Shown here: positions 26,549 through 39,360 of the stretch, piece by piece | How positions within the stretch are numbered: position 1 is the stretch's first letter | Layout of the letters: each line of letters starts with the position of its first letter | Assembly: GCF_006345805.1 (NCBI RefSeq) | Contig: NW_021833462.1 | Coordinates: 14,924 to 78,923, forward strand | Source: Octopus sinensis | Lineage: Eukaryota | Direction of reading: 5' to 3' | Length of the DNA stretch: 64,000 bases | Made by a program: the position numbers and the translations under genes | Notes under the pieces: model-generated | Told to the model about the DNA's origin: nothing | Seen by the model: the letters and a program-made list of their open reading frames with translations, nothing else | Database searches by the model: none

Positions 26549-26956
26549 CTTTTTACTCTTTTACTTGTTTCAGTCATTTGACTGCGGCCATGCTGGAGCA
26601 CCGCCTTTAATCGAGCAACTCGACCCCGGGACTTATTCTTTGTGAGCCCAGTACTTATTCTATCGGTCTCTTTCTATCGCTAAGTGATGGGGACATAAAC
26701 ACAGCAGCATCGATTGTCAAGCAATGCTAGGGGGACAAACACAGATACACAAACACACACGCATACATATATATATATATATACATATATACGACGGGCT
26801 TCTTTCAGTTTCCGTCTACCAAATCCCCTCACAAGGCTTTGGTCCGCCCGAGGCTATAGTAGAAGACACTTGCCGAAGATGCCACGCAGTGGGACTGAAC
26901 CCGGAACCATGTGGTTGGTTAGCAAGCGACTTACCACACAGCCACTCCTGCGCCTA
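26549..26956 (-). mobile_element. SINE-C full length
   Basis: As other copies; shares a 5' flank with the 12.7-13.1 kb copy. Confidence 0.95.
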
Positions 26957-27757
26957 TATTTACAATTTTATAAGATTAATTGGTAAACAATTACTTGCGA
27001 GGGACAACATTTTATTTATATCAAACATACTCATTAATTGCCAGAAACGATTTTGTATAATATCTAATTTAATCAGAAAATACTTCTGCAGTATAAGAAA
27101 TATATAATCGTGACAAGTTATCATTCCCGGTGTCTATACGTAAATGTGTATAGTGTGAAAAAGTTTCAAAGCAGAATAAATTAGCATAATCTTTCGTCAA
27201 GGTAAGCTAATTATGTATATTTTATTATAACTATTGGCAACAATATCTCTTTCAATGTATAAACGTCAATGTTTCTATTATGCTGCTGTGTTTATGTCCC
27301 CATCACTTGTCTATGTATGAAATGGTCTGGTTGTATGTGTATGTGTTTTCTATATACTCGTTTTTAATGAAAAGTAATTAAGTTTTAAACTAATTAGTTT
27401 TTAGAATTAATCAGATTTCACAGCAAGGTTTTGAATTTCGACATTTTTGTTAAAAGAAATGTGAAATATTAATTGCATTCCAACAAGTTAAAAGCATAAA
27501 AATGGTGAACCGTTGGAGATTATTAGACAAAAAAAAAAATGGTGATTTTTAGTTCATCCTGCTTGTGTTAATGTTAGTTGTTTGTTAAACGTTATTATTG
27601 AGGTCTCTTTTGTCTACGGAGTTGTTACTGCCGAAGGGTAAAGTGGTGCAACACAAGAACTAAAAAAAAATAGAAAAAGAAAAACACAAACGTAGAAATA
27701 ATTTAGAAGAGTTTAATATTTTGCATGCATTAATTGATCTTGCTGTTATTGATTTCG

Positions 27758-27759
<2 letters not shown>

Positions 27760-27811
<52 letters not shown>

Positions 27812-28013
27812 ATTATTATTATTATTATTACTATTATTATTATTATTACTATTATTATTATTATTATTATTATTTACTGTCGCTGTTGTTTCATCGGTCA
27901 TGTTTTCTCTATAATAATAATAATGAGGATTATAATAATAATAATGATAATAATTATAATAATAATAATAATAATAGTACTAATAACAATAATAATAATA
28001 ATAATAATAAACG

Positions 28014-28080
<67 letters not shown>

Positions 28081-28170
28081 GAATAAGAAGGAGGAGAAGG
28101 AGGAGGAGGAGATGGAGAAGAAGAAGAAGAAGAAGAAGAAGAAGAAGAAGAAGAAGAAGAAGAAGAAGAA
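27760..28170. repeat. Compound (TTA)n / (TAA)n / (GAA)n microsatellite block
   Basis: Direct reading. Confidence 0.95.
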
Positions 28171-28807
28171 TATTGTCATTGTTATTGTAATTGACTGCTA
28201 ATTTGATAGACGTGATTTCATATTCCTCTTAGAGATTCAAGATTTTGCCAAATGAAATTTCATACCGAAGAATAGGTTTTAAATTTATTCTTAAGCACGG
28301 TGTCTCAGCAGTCTAGAATTTGCGTAAACAGAGTTTTAAAAAAATTTTAGCGTTTTCTTCTTAATCTTCTCGACACATAATAATGACGAAAACGTTGATT
28401 GTTCATCTAAACATACAAAAAGTTATGGGCGAACAATCGACGTCGGACTGTATATTTTAATAGAAGCAAACCCAAGATATTTTACGGCAAAACACGCTAC
28501 GTCTGAAATTGCGTTTCGAAGAACAATAACATCAATGCGAACAATTCCAGAGAGTTCTTGGGTGAAAAAAAGCAACATTCCCTCGCACACATATTTTACC
28601 AAAAGTAAATATTTCTTTAATTTGTAGGAAAACTGCTTTGCTTCAGAAAATACATCAAAGGATGAACGTTGCATGGGGATCGAGTGACCAGAGGAAGAGC
28701 AGTTTCGTAGCAGTGTGTAATAAGAACAAAGATGTTTTTGACTTTAAAATATTGCTCAAGACCACAAAGTAGGAAAGTTATTAATTTTTGTATTTCTAAA
28801 GTTACAG

Positions 28808-28869
28808 ATGCTATTTATGATCGTTCACTAGAAGGCTCACATGAAACATTTCTAGTTCTCCCAGACCCA
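28808..28869 (+). CDS. Candidate internal exon (62 nt, phase 1 to 0), peptide (D)AIYDRSLEGSHETFLVLPDP
   Basis: Acceptor tttttgtatttctaaagttacag, consensus donor CCA|gtgagt, open frame. Confidence 0.45.
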
Positions 28870-29087
28870 GTGAGTAACACACACACATAGAGCCACACAC
28901 ACACACACACACACATACACTCGCACTCATACACCAGCAATTCGCAATTTGAACCAGAGTATGTGCAGGTGAAAAGTAAGACTGTCAGCGTGTTCTATGA
29001 AATGAAATATACTTCGTTGTTAAATGAGAATGCAATAAGTTACAAAATGACCGGAACTAAATGAAAAAAAATTAGGTTTTAGTGAAA

Positions 29088-30227
29088 TATGAGAGTTCTT
29101 TTCAGGAGAGGCAGTTATACAAGTTCTAGATAATTGTACTTTCAGTATATCATAGCTACACATCTAATAACCTAAACTGCCAACATTTATTCTTCCCGCT
29201 TGAAGAAGGCAGCTGTAACAGCAGTTTGAACACCCCCTACTGAACACCGCTTGTTACAGATGATTGGTTTGCAATGAAGGCAGTTTGGATGCTCGCTTTG
29301 CAATAATTTTTTTATTTAAACAGGAGGAAAAAAACCCTACAGAAACGTATAAATGTACCAGACAGCTTACGGTTTGACTTTTACGTGCTGAACATAAGTT
29401 TTTCGCTGGCACACGACGACTGTAGAGGGTATTGAGAAACGATGAGAGGTGTGAATGGACGAAAGACTTCAGAACATCACAGCTGGTTGAGAAAATCCGC
29501 AGTTTTCTTGATGAAGACCGTCGTGTGTTAATAAAAACAATAAACATAAAGGTTTGAGATAATGAGGCAACTGCATACAGAATTATTCATTAAAATCTGA
29601 AGATGCGTTTAAATTCATGCATAGTTTGCTTCCACAGTGCTCAGTGACAACAAAAATGAAAGATACTTTGGGGATCTGCGAAGAAAGCTGGATCTTATGT
29701 TAGGATCCAGGAAGCAGATGGCATAATGGAAGCATCCTGACCCAAGAATGCCAAGTAAAACAAGTCCACTGGGAAGCTAATGATGGTTCCCTTTCTCTAG
29801 ACAGACGGTAAAACAGAGTACTTTGTGAAGATTTTGAGAGTGTTCAAGAAGAAATATCATTGCAAAAGACCAGAGATCCTGTATAAGGGTAGCGCACCAG
29901 GCCACAATTCCATCTTCGTAACTAACAGAGATGGCTATCGAAATTGTCCTTCATCTTCACTACAATCCAGACTTTGCTCCTGCGAGTTTTGGTTGTTTAC
30001 TAAGTTAAATGAGAACATCCGTGGGTAAGTCGTTTGAGACACTGAGACATGAAGGGTCCGGGTCACCTTCACATTGAAAGACCCCCATGGGCCTTCACGA
30101 AGTGGCTGGAGTGCAACAGCAAGTGCACTGAACGTAGAGCATTGATCATAATTTGAAGTAGATTAGAGGGTTTACTTATTTGAAATAAATAAATGTATCT
30201 TGAAAAACTTCTGGAATACCCCTTGTA
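29088..30227 (+). mobile_element. Decayed mariner DNA transposon (transposase pseudogene with stops, frameshifts and deletions)
   Basis: Translated pieces DARFAIIFLFKQEEKNPTETY, VEKIRSFLDEDRRV and HLHYNPDFAP match the mariner N-terminus, HTH and YSPDLAP motifs; degenerate TIR-like ends with TA (tatgagagtt... / ...gaataccccttgta). Confidence 0.8.
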
Positions 30228-30652
30228 AAATATATTCAAATTCATGGTGTTGATATATAAATTTATAAAATTATGCATTCAAAATGTGATTAGTAACTAA
30301 ATAATAGTTTGTGGTTATTTTGTAGTTATTTTTACATTTTTTGCCAGTTATTTTTACATTTGTTCAAAAGTGTAAATACCTTGAAAATACCATGAATATT
30401 CCGTCGTCTTTTCTGATGATAAAGTGATCAATTATCGGTTGTGTTGTGTCATCCATTTCAAAATAAAACTCATAGATAAAATAATGTATGAATATTAAAC
30501 TATTTTAAATACTGTCATATTTGGACACAAGGAACTATAATTTCGGCCTTAAGTTCTCCTGTTTCGAGATATTTTCTGTACCGGTTGCCTAACATTTCTT
30601 CGTCCCACAATTATAAAGTTGTATCTATTTTCGTGCCTTCCCTTTTTTTTAG

Positions 30653-30698
30653 TATAAGCTATTGATTCAGCTGGACTGTTTACCAGGACCGTTGTTAA
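30653..30698 (+). CDS. Candidate internal exon (46 nt, phase 0 to 1), peptide YKLLIQLDCLPGPLL
   Basis: Acceptor gccttcccttttttttag, donor TAA|gtaaat; phase-compatible with the 28808 and 46880 candidates. Confidence 0.3.
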
Positions 30699-31135
30699 GT
30701 AAATGCTTGCAAGAGCGAGTAGACTAGAAATGACTGACTTGTTCGAGAAAAAAGTGAACAATGAATAAACAAATTGCTTTCAACCAATACGTTCGGTAAA
30801 TCTTGATGGACAGTAATTTGTAAGACGAGGCCATCAGTTGCAATAAATAAGTAGCCGAGAGCGTAAAAGATTACTATCGGCTGCCATTTTGTCTTGCAGA
30901 GACGTCAAGTAAAAAGTGTAATAAAGAGAGAAGCAGAGAGAGAGAGAGAGAGAGAGAGAAGACGTGTCTAAATATATAGGAAACGTCTTAGCCGTTTTTT
31001 TTATGCTTTATTATCGTAAGTTAAAAGAAGTATGGCAGAACATTCACTCACTTGTTACTTTCACTTTCTCTCACATACTTACACGCACGCACGTACACAC
31101 ACGAACACACACACACACAAATATGTATATGTATG

Positions 31136-31181
<46 letters not shown>

Positions 31182-32091
31182 CATGTCACTATATACTAAA
31201 TATTTATATTATATATATATTTATATACGTATATATATATATGTTGTATGTATGTATATATATATATATGTATATATATATATACATATATATATACATG
31301 TAACTATATACTAAATAGTTATATTATATATTTATTATATATGTATATATATGTATATATATATATGTATATATGTATATATATATGGATATATATATAT
31401 ATGTATGTATATTATACATATATATATATACATGTAACTATATACTAAATATTTAATTATATATTTATTTATATATGTATATATATATGTATATATATAT
31501 ATGTATATATGTATTTATATATATATGTATATAATTATTTATATATGTGTAATATATATATATAGTCCTAAATGTACAGTTTGTGTACATATGCATTTGT
31601 CTACGTATATGTTTTAGTGTGAGTGAGTCACCGTCTGTCATTGTTTATAATCTATTCTAAGTGCTGACAGTTACTGTGACAAGTCTTTGATTATGAACAG
31701 AATATAATTGCACCTGAAAAAATATGACCATATTTTTCAGTCTCTTGAGAAGTCATTAGTGATAGATTCTTATTTTATTTCTTCTATTTATTTTTACCGC
31801 AGTTTCTCTCACTTTCACCTCCATAATCTTTATTCTTTATCATGCTTTTTACCCTCGTCTTTTCTTTCTTTATCAAACTGGGAGATGCTATTATTTACCA
31901 TTCAGTTCTATCATGCACAAATCGTGTCTATACAAAAATATTAAATGAATTTGTTTAGATCTAGATAACACAAACTACTCACCAAGAAATGTTAAAGATT
32001 GCAGCCAAATTTTTGAATTATCATTGGTTTCGCTCTGCTACTAAAAAAAGGATAAATTGTACTAGAGGCATCTACTGCTTCTGTTGCTGCC

Positions 32092-32125
<34 letters not shown>

Positions 32126-32235
32126 ATGGTGGTGGTGGTGGTGGTAGTGGTAGTAGTAGTAGTAGTGGTGGTGGTGGTGGTGGTGGTGGTTGTAGTAGTA
32201 GTAGTGGTGGTGGTGGTGGTGTTAGTAGTAGCAGC

Positions 32236-32280
<45 letters not shown>
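32092..32280. repeat. (GTA)n/(GTG)n microsatellite
   Basis: Direct reading. Confidence 0.95.
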
Positions 32281-33457
32281 TTCTGATTGGCATTAGAACA
32301 TGCCACAGGAGGTTTCTTCAGAATCTGGAACATTCTATTTGGCCAACTCTAAAGTTTTATTTGCTGTCGAAATACGACTTGGTCTAATCAAGTATATCTG
32401 ATATTATTGAAAGGCACGTAACATCCTAGAATTTAATTTCTTGAGGGATTGTAACAGAGACTATTCTCATATATTATTGTGTTGAGAGATTAGAGGAATT
32501 GATGTTTGAAAGTGTTCGCAGTCAGAACCTTCTGGAAGTTAAATGGTTGCTTGGTGTACGTCTTTTTTTCACAGACAGGTGTATAAAGTTAAAGCTTGGC
32601 TGCTTGAACCGTAAATAGATCTCCCGACCTCAGTTCACTACCGAAAATACCTGAAATCTTAAATGTGTTGTGGTGGTAGATATTAACACCCCTGTGTGAT
32701 TAAAAGGTGGACCCGTCGAACTCTTGTAAAGAGTAACATGTGAGAGAAGAGAAAAAAGCGTTGTAGTGTCGCGTAATCGGACGTTACGTCTGTGAATACA
32801 TTTCTTTACCCCACCTCATTAAGATCATATATCCGCAACAAAGGATATGAAAGAATATTAGTTCATAACGTTGTCCAAAAATCACTTTAATTTGCTAAAT
32901 TGCTTTTTGTTTTTTACTTCATGATACAAATAAGGCTGTAGACACTATCTGCAACTGGTCGTTGTGCCAAGAGACTTCAGTGATTTAAATATGGTGTCTC
33001 ATTATAAAGCTATGTTAAACGTACTTTATTGAAACATGACCATGTAGATTTTGTTACCGTTTATCCATACAAATATACAATCACTCTCTTGTATTATTAA
33101 ATAGTATTATTTTACAAGCAAAATAGTAAATAGTACTTGTAAATAGTATTATTTTACAAGCAGACTAAAACAATTTAAACCGACAGGACAGTCTACTCAG
33201 TAACCACTCCTCATTCACAAGGTGCAATGGCAACTTCAGAAATTGAATGCTCAGAATATAAAGAGAATTTTTACACAAACCTATTTAATTACAAATTCAG
33301 AACCATCAAATAATCCGGTGATCAACAAATGTTAACTTGCCTGATTGGCGAAACCCTGCCCAAATAACAATAGCCTTCATACTGTAACATATGTTATCCT
33401 TCACTCACGCTAGAACACTGGCAGTTTCTGGGCAAGTGATAGTAACACAATCCTCAC

Positions 33458-33512
<55 letters not shown>

Positions 33513-34065
33513 GAGTGAGAGAGCAGTGCATGCCATCAAAGTGACACTGGGGTAAAATATACGAAGCCCAATATACCCATCATGACTACCCGTCTGATAA
33601 GGGTACACCAGGCACATGCATCACAATCATATGTGCGCGACATGGTGATCTCATATCAAGATAAACAGCACATGACCTTGCAAGTGGGACCCAGTTAGAA
33701 TTTTCTTCAGGTTGAGTAGCCCATCCCGCTCAAAAGGTCCCTGAATAAGGGTTGTTTAAGGATGTTGAAAGAACCACCCATGTTTCCAGAGGTGAATTAT
33801 TCAAACCCCAAAGAATCCCTCTTAACACATGGCTATGATGCTCCCCCACTAATTCTACTTGTGATCAGAGATGCACATATCGTCAGCCACTAAGGGACAT
33901 GGTGAACTGGTTAAGGTCAAACAACTGACAAGCAAATCTGTGGTATTGAGCAGAATATTTGCTGTAGCCCATCTTTTATACCAAGACAAAACAATGTACA
34001 TGATGACACTTCCAATCCGTTAAGATCAGAAGCCATGAGAGCCACTGCCTGGTACTGCATCAGGG

Positions 34066-34067
<2 letters not shown>
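33513..34067 (-). mobile_element. 555-bp non-coding element embedded in (TTA)n on both sides; probable non-autonomous retroposon
   Basis: Unique sequence between TTA arrays; its left 33 bp recur at 51853-51885, also in (TTA)n. Strand inferred from which end the short copy retains. Confidence 0.7.
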
Positions 34068-34098
<31 letters not shown>

Positions 34099-34125
34099 CA
34101 TCATCATCATCGTTATTATTATTTA

Positions 34126-34177
<52 letters not shown>

Positions 34178-34179
<2 letters not shown>

Positions 34180-34375
34180 GTTTAATTTTTGCTTTTTATT
34201 TGTACAAGTTGGATCCAAGTCTCACCCAGAGATACTCTGCCTGTTGAGATACTCTGTAGGTGCAAGACTGCACATGGAGACAACATGATCAATGGTTTCG
34301 TCTTGTTGTTGACATATACGACATGTTGGGTAGCTGCCGTTCTTGAAAAGTGGTGAATGCAAATATCTTTGCAAT
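34178..34375 (-). mobile_element. R4/Dong LINE 3' fragment (CCHC zinc knuckle joined to 3' UTR, internal deletion), (TAA)n tail
   Basis: Minus-strand translation FKNGSYPTCRICQQQDETIDHVVSMCSLAPTEYLNR matches the RLE-type CCHC knuckle; followed by tctctgggtgagacttgg...aaacat and (TAA)n. Confidence 0.8.
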
Positions 34376-34544
34376 ATCGTATTTAATATATAAATGATGT
34401 CAAATTCTTGTGGTGTAGAACAATAATATATATTATTATATTTTTGACATTGTAACTTTCCTGAATCCTATAATTATGGATTCTAATATATCCGGACATT
34501 GAACATGTAAAGTCATACACTGACTTATAGTTTATCCAAACAAA

Positions 34545-34745
34545 CGCCGTGGCAGAATCGTTAGCGAGCCGGAGAAAATTATGAGTGGCATTTCGTTCCT
34601 CTTTACGTACTGGGTTCAAATTCTACTGAGATCGACTTTGCTTTCCATTCTTTCGGATGATTTTTGTACCAGTCTGATATTGAGGGACGTTGTAATCGAC
34701 AGAGCCACATCCCCACAATCTTTTGTAGAAAAAGAAATCACTTTT
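34545..34745 (+). mobile_element. Highly diverged SINE-A copy
   Basis: tggcagaatcgttag ... gggttcaaattct ... ctttccattctttcgg recognisable; similar relics at about 10625-10800(-), 16120-16200(+), 20290-20430(-) and 51100-51270(+). Confidence 0.65.
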
Positions 34746-34749
34746 CGGC

Positions 34750-35750
34750 TTTATGGTCGAGATCAACGTATAGTATGTAAGTTCTTCTGTGTCTGCCCGA
34801 AATAATCTTATATTCTCTCGTTTATCCTCCTCTAAAAGTCATGAAAGCCTCCCTTACAAACCCGATGCCCTTCAGGTAGGAAATAATATCTTTTGGGGTG
34901 TTGCTGTGTCTTCTTAATGTTAATGGTAAGATTTTCTAGAAGTTATAAAGACTTATGTTTGGTCTATTCTTTTGGAGAGTCATCTTATTTTACGTCTTAT
35001 CATAATGTTTATCATTTGTTCAGCCACTTTGATATCTGGGATAGGCATCTTATAATTAGAGTAATTCTCTATATTGCTAAGTAAAGATGAAGGTGTTCCA
35101 CCTAGAAATAATTCATCTTTACTTCTTAAGGCGATTTCCCATAACTGTTTCCCCAAATGGTTTTCTCCTATAATATCTTCCAATCCTTCATCTGCCACAT
35201 AAAACTCTTTTTGTCTTCTAATTACCCAACAAATCCCTTCTCTTGAAACCTTTTTGCGTATTTGTTTCATTTGTTTGTGTGAAATTTTCCCTTCGCCACT
35301 TTTTTCTGTCCACCTCTAGACATATCTTTTGTTATGTTGTCGCCCTACTCGTCCCAGGTATTACTTTTTCTACACGTTTCTTTCTTTCTTTTTTTTGACC
35401 AAATTCTGCTGGCTATATCTAGAGTAGAATAATTTCTTCCCAAACAAGATAACTTTCTCTTCTATAACGTGCCTCATTTGAAATCTGGTCCACCCAGATA
35501 TTTCCTTTGGTTTCTTCACCAACGTTTGACCTGTCTTCAGATCTCTGATTTACGATCTCAAAGTAGAACTAGTACTTCAAAAGTTTCCCTTATATCTGAC
35601 CCCTATCCACTTTACATTGACCAGCACTGAAAAATCTGAAATGCCCATTATAACCACCCTGTTGCATTCACATAATGAATTTATAGAAGTCCTGCTCATA
35701 TTTAGAAAGCTTTGAATTGGTTTAATTAATGGCAGTCGTATTAGAAATAA
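34750..35750 (-). mobile_element. Decayed L1/Tx1-like LINE relic (end of APE endonuclease and linker)
   Basis: Minus-strand GISDFSVLVNVKWIGVRYKGNF*STSSTL resembles the SDH...GYWKFNSSLL end of L1/Tx1 endonucleases; stops and frameshifts present. Confidence 0.45.
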
Positions 35751-35859
35751 GTATATTTATTACAATAACTATATCTACGTAGCGAAACTGATTCGGTATT
35801 GCAAGACAGTAATGCCTTTTTCTGCTGATCTATCTAATGTAGGTTTTAAATGAAGTCGA

Positions 35860-36070
35860 TATCTGTAAAAATGTTACCATGCTAGTCAATTCCGAAATAA
35901 ACTCAGCTTCATGAATTTCCATCAATAGAACAGGCTAATCAATATTAGATCCATTCAGAGAGCATTTACATTTTAAAATAGAATATATATCTTATGTCAC
36001 TGCGCTTTAGGAATCTTAGTATTTCTAAAATAGTTTTGCTTGAAGAAAAGAGCACACTCACCTAGGTCAC
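35860..36070 (+). mobile_element. Decayed CR1/L2-like RT C-terminal fragment
   Basis: MNFHQ*NRLINIRSIQRAFTF resembles WNPH..KDI..IE.IQR.FT. Confidence 0.45.
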
Positions 36071-36149
36071 TCCGTGGTTCTGTGATAAAGACATTTTGTT
36101 GAAAAGGGATCTAATTTATCGATATTATGAGAGCTCAAAATCTCTAGTG

Positions 36150-36455
36150 GAAGCGCCATCCGACCAAAATGCAAATATATGGGAAACTACCACCTGTGTC
36201 ATCTCTTGTGAAAGGTAGGAGAGTTCAGTTTGCTGGACATTGTTGTAGAGCTGAAAATGAGGTAATTTCTACTCTTCTCCTCTGGAAGCCATCTACTCGC
36301 AATACCAGAGGGCGCACACTCTCCTACCCTGATGTAATCTCCAGGGATACAAGCATCCAGCAACAGGACCTCCGTAATGCCATGATGGACCGTGAAGTCT
36401 GGCGTAGCATGGTAAATTCCATTGTCTCGACCACGGTCGAACAATGATGATGATT
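36150..36455 (+). mobile_element. RTE-clade LINE 3' end, 5'-truncated, open frame, (TGA)n tail
   Basis: ORF 36169-36447 RRVQFAGHCCRAENEVISTLLLWKP...RGRTLSYPDVISRD...AMMDREVWRSMV matches the RTE C-terminus; ends caatgatgatgat. Confidence 0.85.
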
Positions 36456-36619
36456 ATCGATATTGTTTTAAAGGTAATTTTATTTAATTCGTCAAGAAGG
36501 ACAGTGCTGGAAAATATCAAAAAAGGCAATACGGTAGACAATTAGGGGCCGATATCCTCTTTGCCACTTAGGTGGAAGTTATTGACTGGAATATTCGCAG
36601 AGTCAATGTACGGACATCT

Positions 36620-37250
36620 GGAAAATATGGAGTCCTGCCACATGAACAGAATCGTTGCAAGCGTAAGTGCAGACGTGCCAAGGATCAATACCTGATAGAG
36701 AAAACAGTACTTAGGGATTGCAAGAGGAGGAAATCTAACTTAGCCATGTCATGGATCGATTATCGTAAGGCGTACGATATGATCCCAAATTCTTGGATTA
36801 TGGAATGTACGAACCTATTTCGTATTGCATCGAATGTTGGAAAAAGTATGGCGAAGTGGAGGACAGAACTGTCAGCATATGTGAGGAGTTTAGGGTCAAC
36901 AGAAATGAGGAAAGGCATCTTCCGAGGGGACTGCCTGTCTCCACTGATCTTCGTATTGTGTATGATATCACTAACACTGATACTGAAGAAAGCAAAGGCA
37001 GGATATGTATTCAAGCGCCGCAAAAAAAGAAAAGAAAAAGGAACAGCCACATGTTATTCATGGATGACCTGAAACTTTATGGGGAAGATGAATCCCAAGT
37101 CAGTTCTCTCGTTCATACGTTGTTTACTTTCAGTTTTGATGTGAGAATGGAGTTCGGACTGAAAAAGTGTGATGTGTTCGTCCTGAAGAGAGGCGAACAC
37201 AAATGTATGGACGGGCCAACGATACTGTAGGGGGTGGAGGTTATGAAGCA
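36620..37250 (+). mobile_element. R4/Dong-clade reverse transcriptase fragment with a frameshift at a poly-A run near 37020
   Basis: [30 protein letters not shown] and [11 protein letters not shown]...FGLKKC correspond to RT motifs (AYD, QGD.LSP, F/YxDD) of RLE-type elements. Confidence 0.9.
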
Positions 37251-37429
37251 GATAAAAGAGACGGGCCATAAGCTCTTGAACCATTGTTGGCTTTCACTTA
37301 GGCTTACTTACTGCCTGTCAAGCCTTGCAAGGTATTGGTCATGGAGGGATTGTCCTTACTGTATGTTTTGTAGTTATGCTTTCATGCGGATTTTTGTCTG
37401 ACGATTTCTGCTGTGTTATCATGAGATCA

Positions 37430-37825
37430 ATGTTTCTCTCTTCTTTCTCTCTCTCTCTCTCTATTTCTGTTACCCTCGCTATCAATATGTTTCTCTCTCT
37501 CACTCTTGCTCTGCTTGTTCTCTCTCTCCCTTTTCTTGTTCTCTCTCTCCTCTCTCCCCTTCTCTTTCTTGTTTTCCCTCTTCTTCTCTCTCTTACTCTC
37601 TCTCCTTCTCTTTCTTGTCTTCCCTCTCCTTCTCTCTCTTACTCCCTCCCCTCTTTCTCTCCTTCTCTGTTTTGTTCTCCCCCTCCTTCTCTCTATTGCT
37701 CTCTCTCCTTCTCTCTCTTGTTCTCCCTCTCTTTCTCTCTCTTGTTCTCCCTCTCTTTCTCTCTCTTGTTCTCTCTCTTTCCTTTTCTCTCTCGTTCTTT
37801 CTCTCCTTATCTCTCTCTCTCTCTG
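37430..37825. repeat. Cryptic (CT)-rich polypyrimidine tract
   Basis: Direct reading. Confidence 0.9.
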
Positions 37826-38664
37826 TTTTTCTATAATAAAAAATGGACGACTACTAAATCTAGCTGTTGTCCACTTTTTATTTCTAATTACTTTTCTATT
37901 CCAGCTGTTGTTATTTTATAATCGTTCTCTATCTGTGTGAGACCGCGACCTCCTTCTCAGCGGAGTAGATATATTCCTTGTGTATTTGTTTTGGTGGGAA
38001 GAATGATTTCGTTTTGTTATTTCTTACCTTTTCTGTCTCTAAATTTCTGAATTCAGTAATCTTCAGGTTGTTACGTTGAAGATGTAATTTATGACAGATA
38101 CAGCTAGAGCGTTTATTCCTCTTATCATACTTTTAGCTATGAGTTCATTTATTACTGTTGTTGTTATCATTGTAGTTCTTCTTGTTTTGCTGTAACATCA
38201 AGGCAAATTGGCATCATATAACAGAAGGGCAAATATCATTTATTCAATCTTCTGCATTTATAATATCATCCGCTATTTTAATATATATCTTCAATCCATC
38301 AGATGGATGGTTATTAATCTATCAACGAGAGATCGTCAGATCAAGAATTTCACTTCCTTTCTAGAGTTGAGCAAACATCTTCCAATTTTGTAAAAAGACG
38401 TTTAATTAGAAAGACTGAGAACCATCTTTCGTTTATGGTTATCCAATTGAATCACTGTAATATATTGTTGGTTCTAGAGTAAAGATATCGAGATCAATGA
38501 AGGGGGGGGATTTATAATTAAAGAAAAAAATAATTAATCAACGGACAAACATCTGTATTTGTTATGAGATATTGAATGGTTTTGTATAAATAACGTAATT
38601 ATTATTGTTGTAATACGAACGACTGGTATTAAAGTGGGTTTGCTATGACAACCAGCTAAATGGA

Positions 38665-39360
38665 GAACGAGAGAGAGAGAGAGAGAGAAGAGAAAGAGAG
38701 ACAGATGTAGAAATAGAGATAGAGAGCGCGACGGAGAGAGAAAGGAGAGATAGTAAGAGAGAAGGGAGAAAGAACAAAAGAGAGAAGGAAAGAACAAGAG
38801 AGAAAAGAAAGAGAGAGCAAGAGAGAGAAGGAGAGGGATAAAAGAGATAGAAGGAGAGGGAGAGAGTAAGAGAGAGAAGGAGAGAGAGTAAGAGGGAGAT
38901 AGAGATAAGAGAGAGTGAGAGAGTAAAAGAGAGAGGGAGAGAGAGTAAAAGAGAAGGGGAGAAATAACAAAGAGAAAAAGAAAGAGAGAGAGCAAGAGAG
39001 AGAAGGAGAGGGAGAAAAGAGATAGAAGGAGAGGGAGAGAGTAAGAGAGATAAAGAGAGAGAGAGAGTAAGAGAGAGTGAGAGAGTAAGAGAGAGAGGGA
39101 GAGAGAGTAAGAGAGAAGGGGAGAAAGAACAAAGAGAAAAAGAAAGAGAGAGAGAAGGAGAGGGAGAAAAGAGATAGAAGGAGAGAGAGTAAGAGAGAGA
39201 AGGAGAGAGAAAAAGAAAGGGGATAGAGGCAGAGAAGAGTGAGAGAGAAAGGTAGACAGATAGCCAGAGAGAAACATTTTGATAGAGAGGGCAAGAGAGA
39301 GAGAGAGATAGAAAGAGAGAGACGAGAAAGAGGAGGGAAAGAGAAAAAGAGAGAGAAAAT
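38665..39360. repeat. Cryptic (GA)-rich polypurine tract with internal higher-order repeats
   Basis: The block gagagaaggagagggagaaaagagatagaaggagag recurs about 3 times. Confidence 0.9.

Noticed and set aside
34000-34067. Possible HDV-like ribozyme at the presumed 5' end of the 555-bp TAA element
   Set aside because: I could not assemble P1/P2 pairings by hand; only a small terminal hairpin is evident. An RNArobo/Infernal search of the family consensus would settle it.
34980-35270. GENHLGKQLWEIALR resembles the NADAR/YbiA C-terminal motif
   Set aside because: A single short motif within a stop-riddled L1/Tx1-like relic; other NADAR motifs are absent.
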